A stretch of 64,000 bases of DNA from the IMG/VR virus record IMGVR_UViG_3300022777_000060; one strand, given 5' to 3'. Below, piece by piece: positions 27,820-37,518 of this stretch (within the stretch, counting starts at the first letter, position 1; the number at the start of each line of letters is the position of its first letter). The notes below the pieces were generated by a model. The model saw only the letters and a list, made by a program, of their open reading frames with translations. It did not search any database and was not told the DNA's origin. The DNA is from a virus. A program made the translations under genes and the position numbers.

Positions 27820-28371
27820 TTACTCTTCATCGGATTTTACATAAGACCTGGCCAATACCAAAGCGTCGGCCGCGTCATCGCTCCCAGGCCGTGGGTTGCC
27901 AGAACGGGTCATCTCCCACTCCACGTCGTCGTACATCTCTTCAATCTTCTCAAGCGGCCACGCCTTGCTGTCCTTATACGTGGACCACGGGCTCTCGTAA
28001 CTTCCGGGGACGCGCCCTCTGCCAAGCGCTTGCTTCTTCGCTGTGGACGGGTGAATCTTCTCCACACGCTCTTTGCCCATGCGTCGCTGCAGCTCGTATT
28101 CGATGATTCCGTTGAAGCGAAGCAACTTCGTTATTGTCGCCTTGCTGGAAAATCCACCGGCGTACTTCTTCAAGCTGTCTTCAAGAATCACTTTGTCGGC
28201 GTCAGCGATATGCGGCCAAACGTGTTCGTCCCACTGGTCGACCAAGTCGATTAGCTGATAGCCATCGGGCTTGTCGAACTTGTAAAAATCGTATGATTCG
28301 ATTTCTGCGTCCTCATTCATGAGGCAGTAGCCCGCGACAGATGTAGAAAGGTCAAGTCCTGCTATAACCAT
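27820..28371 (-). CDS. ruvC: RuvC-like Holliday junction resolvase
   Basis: IAGLDLST, VILED, LLRFNG, HPSTAKK, DDAADAL. Confidence 0.8.
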   Translation of the reverse strand: MVIAGLDLSTSVAGYCLMNEDAEIESYDFYKFDKPDGYQLIDLVDQWDEHVWPHIADADKVILEDSLKKYAGGFSSKATITKLLRFNGIIEYELQRRMGKERVEKIHPSTAKKQALGRGRVPGSYESPWSTYKDSKAWPLEKIEEMYDDVEWEMTRSGNPRPGSDDAADALVLARSYVKSDEE

Positions 28372-28389
28372 ATTGTGTGTTGTGTGTTT

Positions 28390-29292
28390 TTATGTGTCAA
28401 AGCGCGCCAAAATAGTAAATGGCGTGCTGTCTGGAAACTTGACGGGCCGTGAAATCTTGCCCGTCGCGATTAGTTCAAAGTCGTCGTTGTAAAATCCAGC
28501 GGTGGTGACGTAAGGGCGAAAGTTTCCGTCCTCCAAGGCTTCGATTGGAACGCCTCGGTTTTGCCGCCCCGTTGGATTTGTCGTCGCTCCGAACTCGTCA
28601 GCTTCTACTTTTGCTGCAATCTCATTTTCGTAGTTGGAAACGACGCTTCGGAACTGAATGTTAAAGTCTCGAAAGAGAAGGTCAAATACGTCGTAGTTGT
28701 AATCTGGAAAGGTGGAGTTGGCAATGCTCTCGTCAAAAACGATCTCCTCGAAAGTGTAGTTTGGCCACACGGTAAAGTCAGGCAGCCGAAAAATCTGTGA
28801 TGGCCGCCGTGTCAGAACCAAAGTGCCGGTCGGATAAAACACATTGCCGATTACCGTTTCGGTTCCTTCGAGAAGCAAGTTGCCTTGGCCGTCGTCGACT
28901 GCCGTGAGACTTTCGTCCTCTTGCTGAGTTGAGATTTCGATGGATCCCGGCGCAATGCGTTTGCCGTAGAGCTTGCTCGATACTTTCAAGACATAGATGA
29001 TTGCCCTCGGGTCTCTCGGAAACGTTGAGAGGTCGATTGCAGACGGGTCAAGCACCCCGAAGCGGTCATATATTGAAGCGTCGTCCCTGTAATACAGGTG
29101 GCGGATCATTTCATACACGCCACGCACGTCGGTTCCCGCTTCATTTTTCGGGCTTCTGTCTTCATAGTACGGCGGCTCCAAGTTTGCGCCAGCGTGAAAT
29201 GTGAGTTGAGACGCAGAGTCCTCAAGGCTCCATTCTTTTCGGGCCTGATACTCGCTCGTTGTTACTTTGTCGCCAGAAAGCTGTTTGAACAT
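28390..29292 (-). CDS. Putative baseplate/tail structural protein
   Basis: C-terminal PYVTTAGFYNDDFELIATGKISRP shared with 30164..31363; located in the baseplate cluster. Confidence 0.65.
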   Translation of the reverse strand: MFKQLSGDKVTTSEYQARKEWSLEDSASQLTFHAGANLEPPYYEDRSPKNEAGTDVRGVYEMIRHLYYRDDASIYDRFGVLDPSAIDLSTFPRDPRAIIYVLKVSSKLYGKRIAPGSIEISTQQEDESLTAVDDGQGNLLLEGTETVIGNVFYPTGTLVLTRRPSQIFRLPDFTVWPNYTFEEIVFDESIANSTFPDYNYDVFDLLFRDFNIQFRSVVSNYENEIAAKVEADEFGATTNPTGRQNRGVPIEALEDGNFRPYVTTAGFYNDDFELIATGKISRPVKFPDSTPFTILARFDT

Positions 29293-29312
29293 GCGTGTTA
29301 TAATATACCAAA

Positions 29313-29343
29313 GGCGGCTTCACAGGTTAAATATGAAGCCGCC
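29313..29343 (-). terminator. Intrinsic terminator
   Basis: GGCGGCTTCA/TGAAGCCGCC. Confidence 0.7.
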
Positions 29344-29357
29344 CGAAGTCTCGGTTG

Positions 29358-30137
29358 CTAGAACGGCACCGGCGGTGCTTCGTCCTCTTCTTCTGCGTTC
29401 TCGTAGCGATCGTAGACGTCGTTCACGGCTTCGAGCTGATTGTCCGTGACCCGCCGGTTGTCCTTCGCAAACTCAAGAACGGAGTTGACGAAACCCCATG
29501 CGCCGTCGTTTTTGTTGGACGCTTCAATCATATCAAGCAGCTCTTCAAGCCGCTCAATAACGCTCTGGATCCACTCTTCCTTTTCTTCAAGCTCGTCGAG
29601 ATCGATGTTGTTCATGTTGTCGTGAACGGCGTCACGCATATTCTTCGAGAACTTGCTTTCTCCCGTGGTCAGAACGTGATGCATGTCGGAGAGAAAGTCG
29701 TTGTCCCGAATCTCAAGGTAGCGCTCAAGCCACTCGATTTCGTCTTCCCACTCTTCAGCGTATTTCTTTCGGCGCCGCTCTTTCTTCGCCTCTTCTTTCA
29801 GCTCTTTGATACGGCGTTCAACGTCTTGCATGTGGCTCCAGCCCGTGCCCATTGCGTGCTCAAGGCAATCGAGCCCCACCTTGTACTCAATGTCGCGATC
29901 GTCCTCTGCGGCAATCTCCGCCGTGTAGCGAAGATGAGTTCCGCAAAAGTCGCACTGGTGGTCGTCCTGCCGGAAGGTCGGTCCGGCGTCGTAAACGTCA
30001 AGCAGCCCGAAGTCGTGCTCTTCAACGACGGGCATGATTTCGTTTTTCCAGCGGTTCGATGGGTTGGCACGCATGGCAACTTGGTTGGGTTTGTCTGTCT
30101 CAATATCGCAGTTATTTACACGCGTGCGCGACGACAC
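29358..30137 (-). CDS. Zn-finger-containing hypothetical protein inserted in the baseplate cluster
   Basis: CDFCGTHLRY...VGLDCLEH; own downstream terminator; start may be ATG 30074. Confidence 0.7.
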   Translation of the reverse strand: MSSRTRVNNCDIETDKPNQVAMRANPSNRWKNEIMPVVEEHDFGLLDVYDAGPTFRQDDHQCDFCGTHLRYTAEIAAEDDRDIEYKVGLDCLEHAMGTGWSHMQDVERRIKELKEEAKKERRRKKYAEEWEDEIEWLERYLEIRDNDFLSDMHHVLTTGESKFSKNMRDAVHDNMNNIDLDELEEKEEWIQSVIERLEELLDMIEASNKNDGAWGFVNSVLEFAKDNRRVTDNQLEAVNDVYDRYENAEEEDEAPPVPF

Positions 30138-30163
30138 TGTTCCCCAAAGATGTGAAGAGAGTG

Positions 30164-31363
30164 TTAAAAGTCAAGCGTCACGTCAACCGAAAATGCGTCT
30201 CGATTGGTCTTGCGCTCAGGTGGAGAAATCTTCGCGACTGCCAGAAGCTCAAAGTCATCGTTATACAACCCGACTGCCGTTGGATACGTGCCGGGCGCAT
30301 CTGGAAAGGTGATATTGCCTTGGTCGTCAGAATACGTCGGATTGAGAGAGTAGTTGCCCTCCGGTTGTTCCAAGCTAGCCGTGTACGTAACCTTCACCCG
30401 ATCTCTTATCGCTTGCGCCCGAAAGCTCTCTCCCCGATCGACGGCATCGAACATGTTTTTGTGATTTCGAAAGTATGGCCAGTCCGGAAACTCGCTTTCC
30501 GCTGCGTTTTGGTCTCCGTCAAAGCCACCTTCCCATACGTAGTTGCCGTCTTGGTTCGTTACGACTTCACGGGAACTGCTTTCACTCAGAACTGTTTGCG
30601 GATCTCGAAGCTCAGGAATGATGTTTTCTTCAAGGTTTTCGTTCTGTCCCGAAACGTCAACTGCCACGTCTCCAAGAGCATCCGGGTTCAAAATGATAAT
30701 CCCTTTCTTCGGGTACACGTAGCCGTATGTCCTACTGGAAACCGGAGAGTCTTCAACGGTTCGGGCGTCAATATCCCCTTCAACGACTTCGATTTCTTCT
30801 TCGCCAGCCAAGCTTCCATCTGCCACAGACTGATCAACGAGTTTCACGCCATTCATTGGGCCTGTCCCTTCAAAGGCAAGCGTAAGTTCCCAGTGCCCGG
30901 GCCGAAGGGACTGGTGAAACGTTCTTCGGTTCAAGTTGACTGCGTAAAAGTGGTCTCTATCGAACCCGAACGAAGTTTCGTCTTGGGCAAGCACAGAGTT
31001 TGTGTACTGCCGGTAAATCGCTTGCGTCGGAAGGTTCGAGCCCGGCGGGCTTCCCTTTCCGTCAATGTGCCCATACGTGACGGTAAACTGGGGATAGCTC
31101 GCTTCGTCCATGAGCTGAACGCCACTGGTGCGGTCATACACCTTGAAAAAGTATCTCGCTGTCGTCACGTCCGGCTCAAGCTGTGGAATGGGACTGCCTT
31201 GTAGGAACCTTGGACGATACGGGCGCAAGCCGATCTCAGAGAGACGGTCTTTGACCGTTCGCTGGTTGGGCTCCAACCAGGCGTAGATGTTCTCACTTTC
31301 AATCGACGCCGGTGTAATGTCATCGGCGTCAAAGTCTTTGAAAATGTTGTCAGTTGTGAGCAT
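30164..31363 (-). CDS. Putative baseplate/tail structural protein
   Basis: C-terminal TYPTAVGLYNDDFELLAVAKISPP; paralogous to 28390..29292. Confidence 0.7.
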   Translation of the reverse strand: MLTTDNIFKDFDADDITPASIESENIYAWLEPNQRTVKDRLSEIGLRPYRPRFLQGSPIPQLEPDVTTARYFFKVYDRTSGVQLMDEASYPQFTVTYGHIDGKGSPPGSNLPTQAIYRQYTNSVLAQDETSFGFDRDHFYAVNLNRRTFHQSLRPGHWELTLAFEGTGPMNGVKLVDQSVADGSLAGEEEIEVVEGDIDARTVEDSPVSSRTYGYVYPKKGIIILNPDALGDVAVDVSGQNENLEENIIPELRDPQTVLSESSSREVVTNQDGNYVWEGGFDGDQNAAESEFPDWPYFRNHKNMFDAVDRGESFRAQAIRDRVKVTYTASLEQPEGNYSLNPTYSDDQGNITFPDAPGTYPTAVGLYNDDFELLAVAKISPPERKTNRDAFSVDVTLDF

Positions 31364-32031
31364 TATTCACCGATTACATTGATTTCAAGGTCAAGCGAAA
31401 GCCCCGTCTCGTTTCCAATAAGCGTGAGCGTCGTTTCCTTGTCGTTGTTCAAAAACGGAGCGTCCCAGCCGAGAGTAAACACAGTCCCGACAACTGCTGT
31501 CGTGTCGAGGTCGTCAATGCCTTCTTCCTCTCCATAGAGCGCTGGAATGGTAGCATCTTTTTCCTCGATTTCGCCAGTCGGATCAAGCTCCAAACTTGCG
31601 ATTGTGCGATCCTGCAAGATCGCCGTGTATCCAAGCGTTTGGTCGAGCTGAGTGTCCGCATTGCGGATTTCTGTCGTCGGCTCGATTGTCACGGGGTTCG
31701 CGTCCAAAGCGTTCTCTGTGTCGAGATTGATGATGCGCTGATCTGTCGGAACCGAAATCACAGGAACCACGTCGCTCTCTTGCTCCAAAGACAAGAGCTT
31801 ATAGCGCATCGACTGCGTTTCGTCGGTAAACGCTTCGTGAGTTGGCAGATTTTCGATAATCGCCCCTGCGTCCTCTTCTGGAAGGTTGTCTTGCCAGAGC
31901 CCATAGTCAACTTCATCGTCAGAAAGGGCAAACTGGGTAATGTCAAGGCCGTCGCCCTCTGCAAGCCGCTTTCGGCCGAGAGACGTGAGCCTTGCTTCGA
32001 TTACTCGCTGGTCGTTGTCTAGGTGTCCCAT
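31363..32031 (-). CDS. Putative tail/baseplate structural protein
   Basis: MGHLDN..VIEARLTSLGRKRLA...ITQFALSDDEVDY pattern; operon context. Confidence 0.7.
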   Translation of the reverse strand: MGHLDNDQRVIEARLTSLGRKRLAEGDGLDITQFALSDDEVDYGLWQDNLPEEDAGAIIENLPTHEAFTDETQSMRYKLLSLEQESDVVPVISVPTDQRIINLDTENALDANPVTIEPTTEIRNADTQLDQTLGYTAILQDRTIASLELDPTGEIEEKDATIPALYGEEEGIDDLDTTAVVGTVFTLGWDAPFLNNDKETTLTLIGNETGLSLDLEINVIGE

Positions 32032-32080
32032 ATGTTTTATCTGTCGGTCCTATGCGAAAATAAATATGTTGGCGTCTCAG

Positions 32081-35000
32081 TTATGAGTCCGGCGTGAGCC
32101 AGATTTCACCGTTTCTTCCGTCGCCTATATCCGGCTGGTTCGTATCGAAGATGATATTCGAGAAAGGAAGCGGGCCTTCGCTGTCTTCTCCACCGACTTT
32201 CTCGAACCACAGGTCGTTGGGGTCGCCGCCTGTCGGCTCTTGTTTTGAGTTGTAGATGATCCCCACCTCTTCTTCTTTGTCCTCGCTTACCCCTTGCGCC
32301 TTGAAAAACAGGTCGCCGTCGTCGCCTTCCGAAGCAATCGGATCCCCAGATGAGAAAAGAAGGCTAACTGCATCTGACACAGGTGTTCCAAGCAACTCTC
32401 CGTTTTCCCCTTGACTTGAAGTCGGGTCTGCAGTGTCAAAGGTAAAGTCGACGAACGGCGTTGGGCCGGACTCTGAACCGTTTTCTGGAATGTCAACCCA
32501 CACATCTTTTTCTTCTCCCTCTTGAATGGTTGGGTTATCAAACTGCCCGAACACCTGTCCCGGTTTCTGAACGCCACTCGTGATTGGAACTTTTGCCCAA
32601 ATGTCGCCGTTGTCACAGTCGGTGGGTTCTGTATCAGAAAAGATGATGTCCGGCAAGAAACTCGGCTCGGTAAGTGATCGTCCGTTGGGGGAAGCGTCGG
32701 CGTCTGCACCGGCTGGAGCATTTGTGTCCTTATCTTTCAGGCCAGTGTCCCCAATCGGAAGCGGCTCTCGGTCTCGCTCCAAGATTGATGGCTCAATCAC
32801 CACTCCATCCACAAGGCTCGCCCGTGCAGGCACAGAGCTTTCCACGTGATTGAAGAACGCGTCGTAAAACTCGTCGATATAGTGAATGTAGGTTTGCGCA
32901 TCAACTAGCCCGTCGTACTTATTCCAGTACATGCGGTTGAGCCCGTCCAGCAGGTAATAGTCATCTCGAAGCTGGTCGTTGGGGTTGCCGAGAACGGCGT
33001 TCACGTCGTCAATGCCGATTTCTGAAAGCACGTCTCGGTTTGCTGACGTGAATGGAGAGAAAAAGATTCCGACGCGGTTGCTGTCCTTTGTAATCAGCTC
33101 TGCGTCTCTGTTCTCCGTTGACTGGTTGCTACGTAGCGGCTTATCGAGTTCAGCGTCTTCGATTCGCACCTTGGAGTTGAAGTAAGAAGTCGCTCCAACT
33201 TGTGTCGGATCGAAGAAGTTGACTCGTTCGTATCGATCGAACTGCCACGGGCTCTCACCTCCATCGGTGAACCCTTGCGCTTCTGCAGTCAGTCCTTCAA
33301 CCGACTCTTGGTCGCTCAAGTTTTCGAGTGTCGGGTTTGCCGCCAAGTCTTGCGGCACAGGAAAATCAAGGCGAAAGTGAAGGTGGCGCCTCAGAAACTC
33401 AAGATCTCTATCGAAAACCGACTCCCCGCTTGTGAGTTCGGAGTTGTCAACGCCTTTTCGCTTTGGAGCAAGACTGTGGGCGTCAAACAACTCTCCCGAA
33501 AGCGTGTCTTCCCAAACGTTGACTTGGTCGAGATCACCGATGAACGGAACGCCGGTCTGGAAGCGCTGTCCAGAAAGATTTCCGCCAAAATGTAGGTCGT
33601 CAGACGTGAAGAAGTTCAGCGCCGTCTCAAAATCAATGTTCAAGGAAAGCTGGTCGCCGTTCCGGAAGTTGCCGAACGGAGAACGTTGCTGAACAAAGAC
33701 GTCAATGAACGGTTCGTTTTCTCGAATCTGAAAGAGCACATTTGTCCACTCTCCGTTGAAAAGCGGAAGCTCTTCGGACTCGGCTTCGATGCGTACTCCG
33801 TCTGCCTCTCGAACTTCGAGCACGAGCTTTCCGTTTTCGGTGTTGAGGTCGGTTCGTTCAAGGCGAACGCTCGCAAGCCCTCCAAGGTCAAACAGTTTGA
33901 TTGGAACGCCGCCTTGATACTCAGTGCGAAACCGAACCTCGACGCCTTTTGGCCACTCTTCGAAGACGTCGAACATATCGTCAAATCCACTCGGGGACTG
34001 AAACTGTCCTTCAAGATTCCACGGCAGCCGAATCGACTGCGAAGAAACGAATGGAAGAAGGTGGCTAGTTTCAGTGAGATTGAACGAGCCTTCGTTTCGG
34101 TCAGATCCCTGCGCCGCCGATCCTCCCGATTCTCGAATCACAAGACTTTCGGACGGAATGCCAAAGATGCTTGTGAGCATGTCAATCGAACTTTCCGTCC
34201 CACGGGTCTTGTAGTGGTGCGTGAGATTCGAGAGAAGCCGCCGCCACACTTGCTGTTGCGCCTGAAAGCGGGTATAGTCAATCTTGCCGCCGTCCACCTC
34301 TGGTTGTGTCGGCCGGGCGAGGTCTGCGCTACCGAAAATCTCGCTGATTTGGGAGCTATCGAAAATCTCGTCAAAGAACTCTTCGGCGTCGAAGCCATCA
34401 TACGTTTCGAGTCCCATGCTTTCAGCGACGACACGGGAAAGGTCTGCACTCAAGCTCTCAGGTTCAAATGCGTCTTCGGTCTGGTCGGTAAGGTGTTCGA
34501 TGTGGTCAATGTAAATCCAGTTGACGTCGAACCAGTGCCCCACCATATCCACGAACAAAACAAACTCTTCGTTGGATTGATCTTCTCTCACAAACTCTGG
34601 AACCTGCTTACGAAGCGCCGAGTCGTTTCTGTCGTCATACACTCGTGCGTCCGACAAAATCTCACTGAACCACTGTTCTGCCTCTGGTGAATCCGGCGGG
34701 TGAAGCGCCCCGTTTTGCTTCTTTGGGTAGGCACGATCCGACTCACTTCGGAAAAGCCAGCGCTCGTAGGCATCAAATGATCCGATCAACTCTTCGATTT
34801 GCCGCTTGAGCGTTTCTTGCCGCCCTGCGGACTGAACGCCGGTGAGGTCTCCGATTTCCGTGATATTTTGGTTGATTTTTCGAAGCTTGAACCGGAAGTT
34901 GCGAAGCCGCTCTTCGACCGAAGAGAAGTGAATGAAGTTCTCGAAGTTCGTGTAGTCAACATTCAAGTCAACGTCCTCAGAACCGCTCAGTCGGCTCTCA

Positions 35001-35893
35001 ACGAAGCTTTGGGACGTTTCAAACTCTTCGGTGTTGACTATATCATCGAAGCTCTCAAAGGTGCTGCGCCGCTCTGAGCGGTCATCAAGGTCGACGCTAA
35101 AGTCTGGTCCTGAAAGCTCGTTTACGGCCGTCGCTTCACTGAAACGAAAAATCTCGAAGCGGTCAAGATATGGACGGCTAAACTCTGAATCAATCCAAAA
35201 CTCGTCTCCGACTTCGATTGCGTTCGGAAGCGCCTGGTCGAGCCGGATAATCGCTGCACGCTTGAAAATCGGCAGGCCGTCGTCCTGAAACTCAACGAGC
35301 CCGTCTTCGTCGACTTCGACAACGTTTGTCCAGTTGAGGATGTGGTAATACTGGTTGTCGCCAAAGTTGACGACCTTCCTTCTCGGCTCAACCGTTTCTC
35401 TTTCATCTGCTGACTCCCGTTCTATCGTATAGTTCGGGAAGTCCGTGTACCCCGGAAGTTGAAACCGGGCACGAAAGAAGTTGATGAACCGATTCGCGAA
35501 CCGCTGCCCTGACTCCGGAGTTGGCCGCACTCGAATCTCTTGACGGTCTCCAGAAATGGACTGAACGTACAAACGATCGCCGTCTGGAGATCCGAAGTCC
35601 GGCTCGAAGAAGTTGTAGCGAAGGATGTACTGCCCCCCGTCCGGCAGATCCGCGTCTTCGATGTGTTGGAAAACATCGGCGCTCAGGTCCAGCTCAGGAA
35701 GCCGCCGCCAGTGCTGAAGATTTCGTTCGTTGTCATACACGGAAAACTCAATGCGGCCGTCATCCGGAGCATCTGGATTGTTGACGGCGGCAACGATTTT
35801 GTCGCGGATTTTGTTTTCGACATACTCTCCGTAGAACGGATCGAACGTTCCCCGGTCGAGTTCTCCACTATTTCGAATCTGCCTTTCGAGCAT
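32081..35893 (-). CDS. Large baseplate wedge/tail-associated protein with six C-terminal P-x-G-x-x-G-D-x-W repeats
   Basis: 1270 aa; LKTRGT-like YKTRGTESSI baseplate motif, LamG-like middle, repeats at the C-terminus. Confidence 0.65.
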   Translation of the reverse strand: MLERQIRNSGELDRGTFDPFYGEYVENKIRDKIVAAVNNPDAPDDGRIEFSVYDNERNLQHWRRLPELDLSADVFQHIEDADLPDGGQYILRYNFFEPDFGSPDGDRLYVQSISGDRQEIRVRPTPESGQRFANRFINFFRARFQLPGYTDFPNYTIERESADERETVEPRRKVVNFGDNQYYHILNWTNVVEVDEDGLVEFQDDGLPIFKRAAIIRLDQALPNAIEVGDEFWIDSEFSRPYLDRFEIFRFSEATAVNELSGPDFSVDLDDRSERRSTFESFDDIVNTEEFETSQSFVESRLSGSEDVDLNVDYTNFENFIHFSSVEERLRNFRFKLRKINQNITEIGDLTGVQSAGRQETLKRQIEELIGSFDAYERWLFRSESDRAYPKKQNGALHPPDSPEAEQWFSEILSDARVYDDRNDSALRKQVPEFVREDQSNEEFVLFVDMVGHWFDVNWIYIDHIEHLTDQTEDAFEPESLSADLSRVVAESMGLETYDGFDAEEFFDEIFDSSQISEIFGSADLARPTQPEVDGGKIDYTRFQAQQQVWRRLLSNLTHHYKTRGTESSIDMLTSIFGIPSESLVIRESGGSAAQGSDRNEGSFNLTETSHLLPFVSSQSIRLPWNLEGQFQSPSGFDDMFDVFEEWPKGVEVRFRTEYQGGVPIKLFDLGGLASVRLERTDLNTENGKLVLEVREADGVRIEAESEELPLFNGEWTNVLFQIRENEPFIDVFVQQRSPFGNFRNGDQLSLNIDFETALNFFTSDDLHFGGNLSGQRFQTGVPFIGDLDQVNVWEDTLSGELFDAHSLAPKRKGVDNSELTSGESVFDRDLEFLRRHLHFRLDFPVPQDLAANPTLENLSDQESVEGLTAEAQGFTDGGESPWQFDRYERVNFFDPTQVGATSYFNSKVRIEDAELDKPLRSNQSTENRDAELITKDSNRVGIFFSPFTSANRDVLSEIGIDDVNAVLGNPNDQLRDDYYLLDGLNRMYWNKYDGLVDAQTYIHYIDEFYDAFFNHVESSVPARASLVDGVVIEPSILERDREPLPIGDTGLKDKDTNAPAGADADASPNGRSLTEPSFLPDIIFSDTEPTDCDNGDIWAKVPITSGVQKPGQVFGQFDNPTIQEGEEKDVWVDIPENGSESGPTPFVDFTFDTADPTSSQGENGELLGTPVSDAVSLLFSSGDPIASEGDDGDLFFKAQGVSEDKEEEVGIIYNSKQEPTGGDPNDLWFEKVGGEDSEGPLPFSNIIFDTNQPDIGDGRNGEIWLTPDS

Positions 35894-35896
35894 GTA

Positions 35897-36307
35897 TTAG
35901 GGTTGAACCGTGCAGCAAACTTCGTGTGTGTTTCCGTCGTCATCTTCCACTTCGTAGCAAACCTCTTGAGGCTGGTTTGAAGTGTTTGGATCTGGGTCGT
36001 CGTATGGGAAGTCTTCGGGCGTGAGACGCCGTGCGATTGTGTCCCCGTCCCTACGCAATATGTAGGGCGGCATCCCGAAAATCAAAAGGTCAACCGTCGC
36101 AGAGCCGGTCGTCGTTTCACATTCGATTTGTACAGGAGCATTGAGAAGAAGAAGCTCTCGGTCCTGCGCGAGATCGTTGCTGACCTCAACCTGAAAAAGA
36201 GCCGCGATTTCATCTTGATTGAACTCGTCTTGACGGGGGACAATTTCGAGCCGGTCTTCATTCGGCTCTTCCCAAACGATATAGTTGCGAAAGTTTCGCT
36301 CTATCAT
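35897..36307 (-). CDS. Hypothetical structural-region protein
   Basis: ORF track; tight coupling. Confidence 0.65.
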   Translation of the reverse strand: MIERNFRNYIVWEEPNEDRLEIVPRQDEFNQDEIAALFQVEVSNDLAQDRELLLLNAPVQIECETTTGSATVDLLIFGMPPYILRRDGDTIARRLTPEDFPYDDPDPNTSNQPQEVCYEVEDDDGNTHEVCCTVQP

Positions 36308-37518
36308 TCAATCTTGAAGGTTTGTTCGTGTTGAAAGATTTGTTCGTTTTCTGTCTCCGGATCCACGTACTTCAAAAGGATTTTGTACTCCCGCCTTGGA
36401 AGCAAGTTGTCGAGGTTGACGTCGAAGTAATGCGTGCGGCCGTTGAAGGATACGGCAGAGTACCGCTTGTCGAACGGATAGAAAATCGTTCCGGTGCGCA
36501 CATCTTTAATCTGATACCGAAGTGAACGTCGTGGAAGGTATCTCGCGTTCTCGATTGATTCGGTTCGCTCTGTGGGGCGAATGCCAAGAAACTGCCGTTG
36601 CTCGAATTTTTCTTCAACGGTCACTTCAAAGCGGGTTGGGCCGCCACTATACTCGTTTTGCAGCTTCGACACGTACGCCGTGAAGTTCTCTTCTTCGATA
36701 GGCTCGGAGCCCTCTGTAGAAAACTCATAGTCGTCGACGCCCACAAGAAGGTGTGGAACATAAATCGTGCGGGTGTCGTTTCCGAAGAACTTGAGTTCGG
36801 TGCGGCGGCCGAAGTCTTCGTCTTTCCGCTTCAAAATGATTCCATTCTCTGGACTTGACGCGAGCACAGAGTTCATCTTCAACTCCACGTCCGGATCGTC
36901 GCCGTCAAATACTTCTTTGCTAACAGGCGTTGAAGAAAAGTCTCCGCCTTCGGTTTGCCACGGCTCATTGAACAGCCGATCTTTCCATGTAGCTGGCTCA
37001 ATCGTTCGTGGGTTGTTTTCTGCACGTCCTCGCCCTTCTCGCCAAGCCGCTTCAAGAGGAAACGCCTGAATCTCGTATCTTTTGGGCATCCCCATTCCGT
37101 TGGCAAACCACATGCGAAGCCAAGCCGTGGAGTCGTAAGGCTCTGGTTCTGGATCCGGCTGTGGCTCGGGTTCAGGGTCTCTTTTCGGAGCAACTTGCTC
37201 TCCGAAGAAAGCGAAAGCGTTTGGCGGCCCAAGCCCAACGTCTCCAGAAAGTGCTTGCCGAGTGTCGTCGCGGTCAACGGTCTCGAAACCGAACTGCGCA
37301 AACGCGTTGGGGCCGTCTTCGACAGTCTCCATGAAGCTCTCGTCAAGCTCGGGGAACTCCATCAAGATGCGAGAAGGTTGTGGAGTGCTGAACGATTCAT
37401 CTGCAACGTTCAGAAACTTGCGAGTGTTCAGCTCCAACACTTCATCGATTCCGGCGTTTACGTCCGGCGCATATCCATATATGGTTGTGTCCTGTTTCGG
37501 ACGAACAAGTTTGAACAT
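36304..37518 (-). CDS. Conserved baseplate-region protein (DNRLRE-like N-terminus)
   Basis: KQDTTIY...NAGIDEVLEL, SRILMEF, W..GRG, LKFFGNDTRTIYVPHL. Confidence 0.65.
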   Translation of the reverse strand: MFKLVRPKQDTTIYGYAPDVNAGIDEVLELNTRKFLNVADESFSTPQPSRILMEFPELDESFMETVEDGPNAFAQFGFETVDRDDTRQALSGDVGLGPPNAFAFFGEQVAPKRDPEPEPQPDPEPEPYDSTAWLRMWFANGMGMPKRYEIQAFPLEAAWREGRGRAENNPRTIEPATWKDRLFNEPWQTEGGDFSSTPVSKEVFDGDDPDVELKMNSVLASSPENGIILKRKDEDFGRRTELKFFGNDTRTIYVPHLLVGVDDYEFSTEGSEPIEEENFTAYVSKLQNEYSGGPTRFEVTVEEKFEQRQFLGIRPTERTESIENARYLPRRSLRYQIKDVRTGTIFYPFDKRYSAVSFNGRTHYFDVNLDNLLPRREYKILLKYVDPETENEQIFQHEQTFKIE

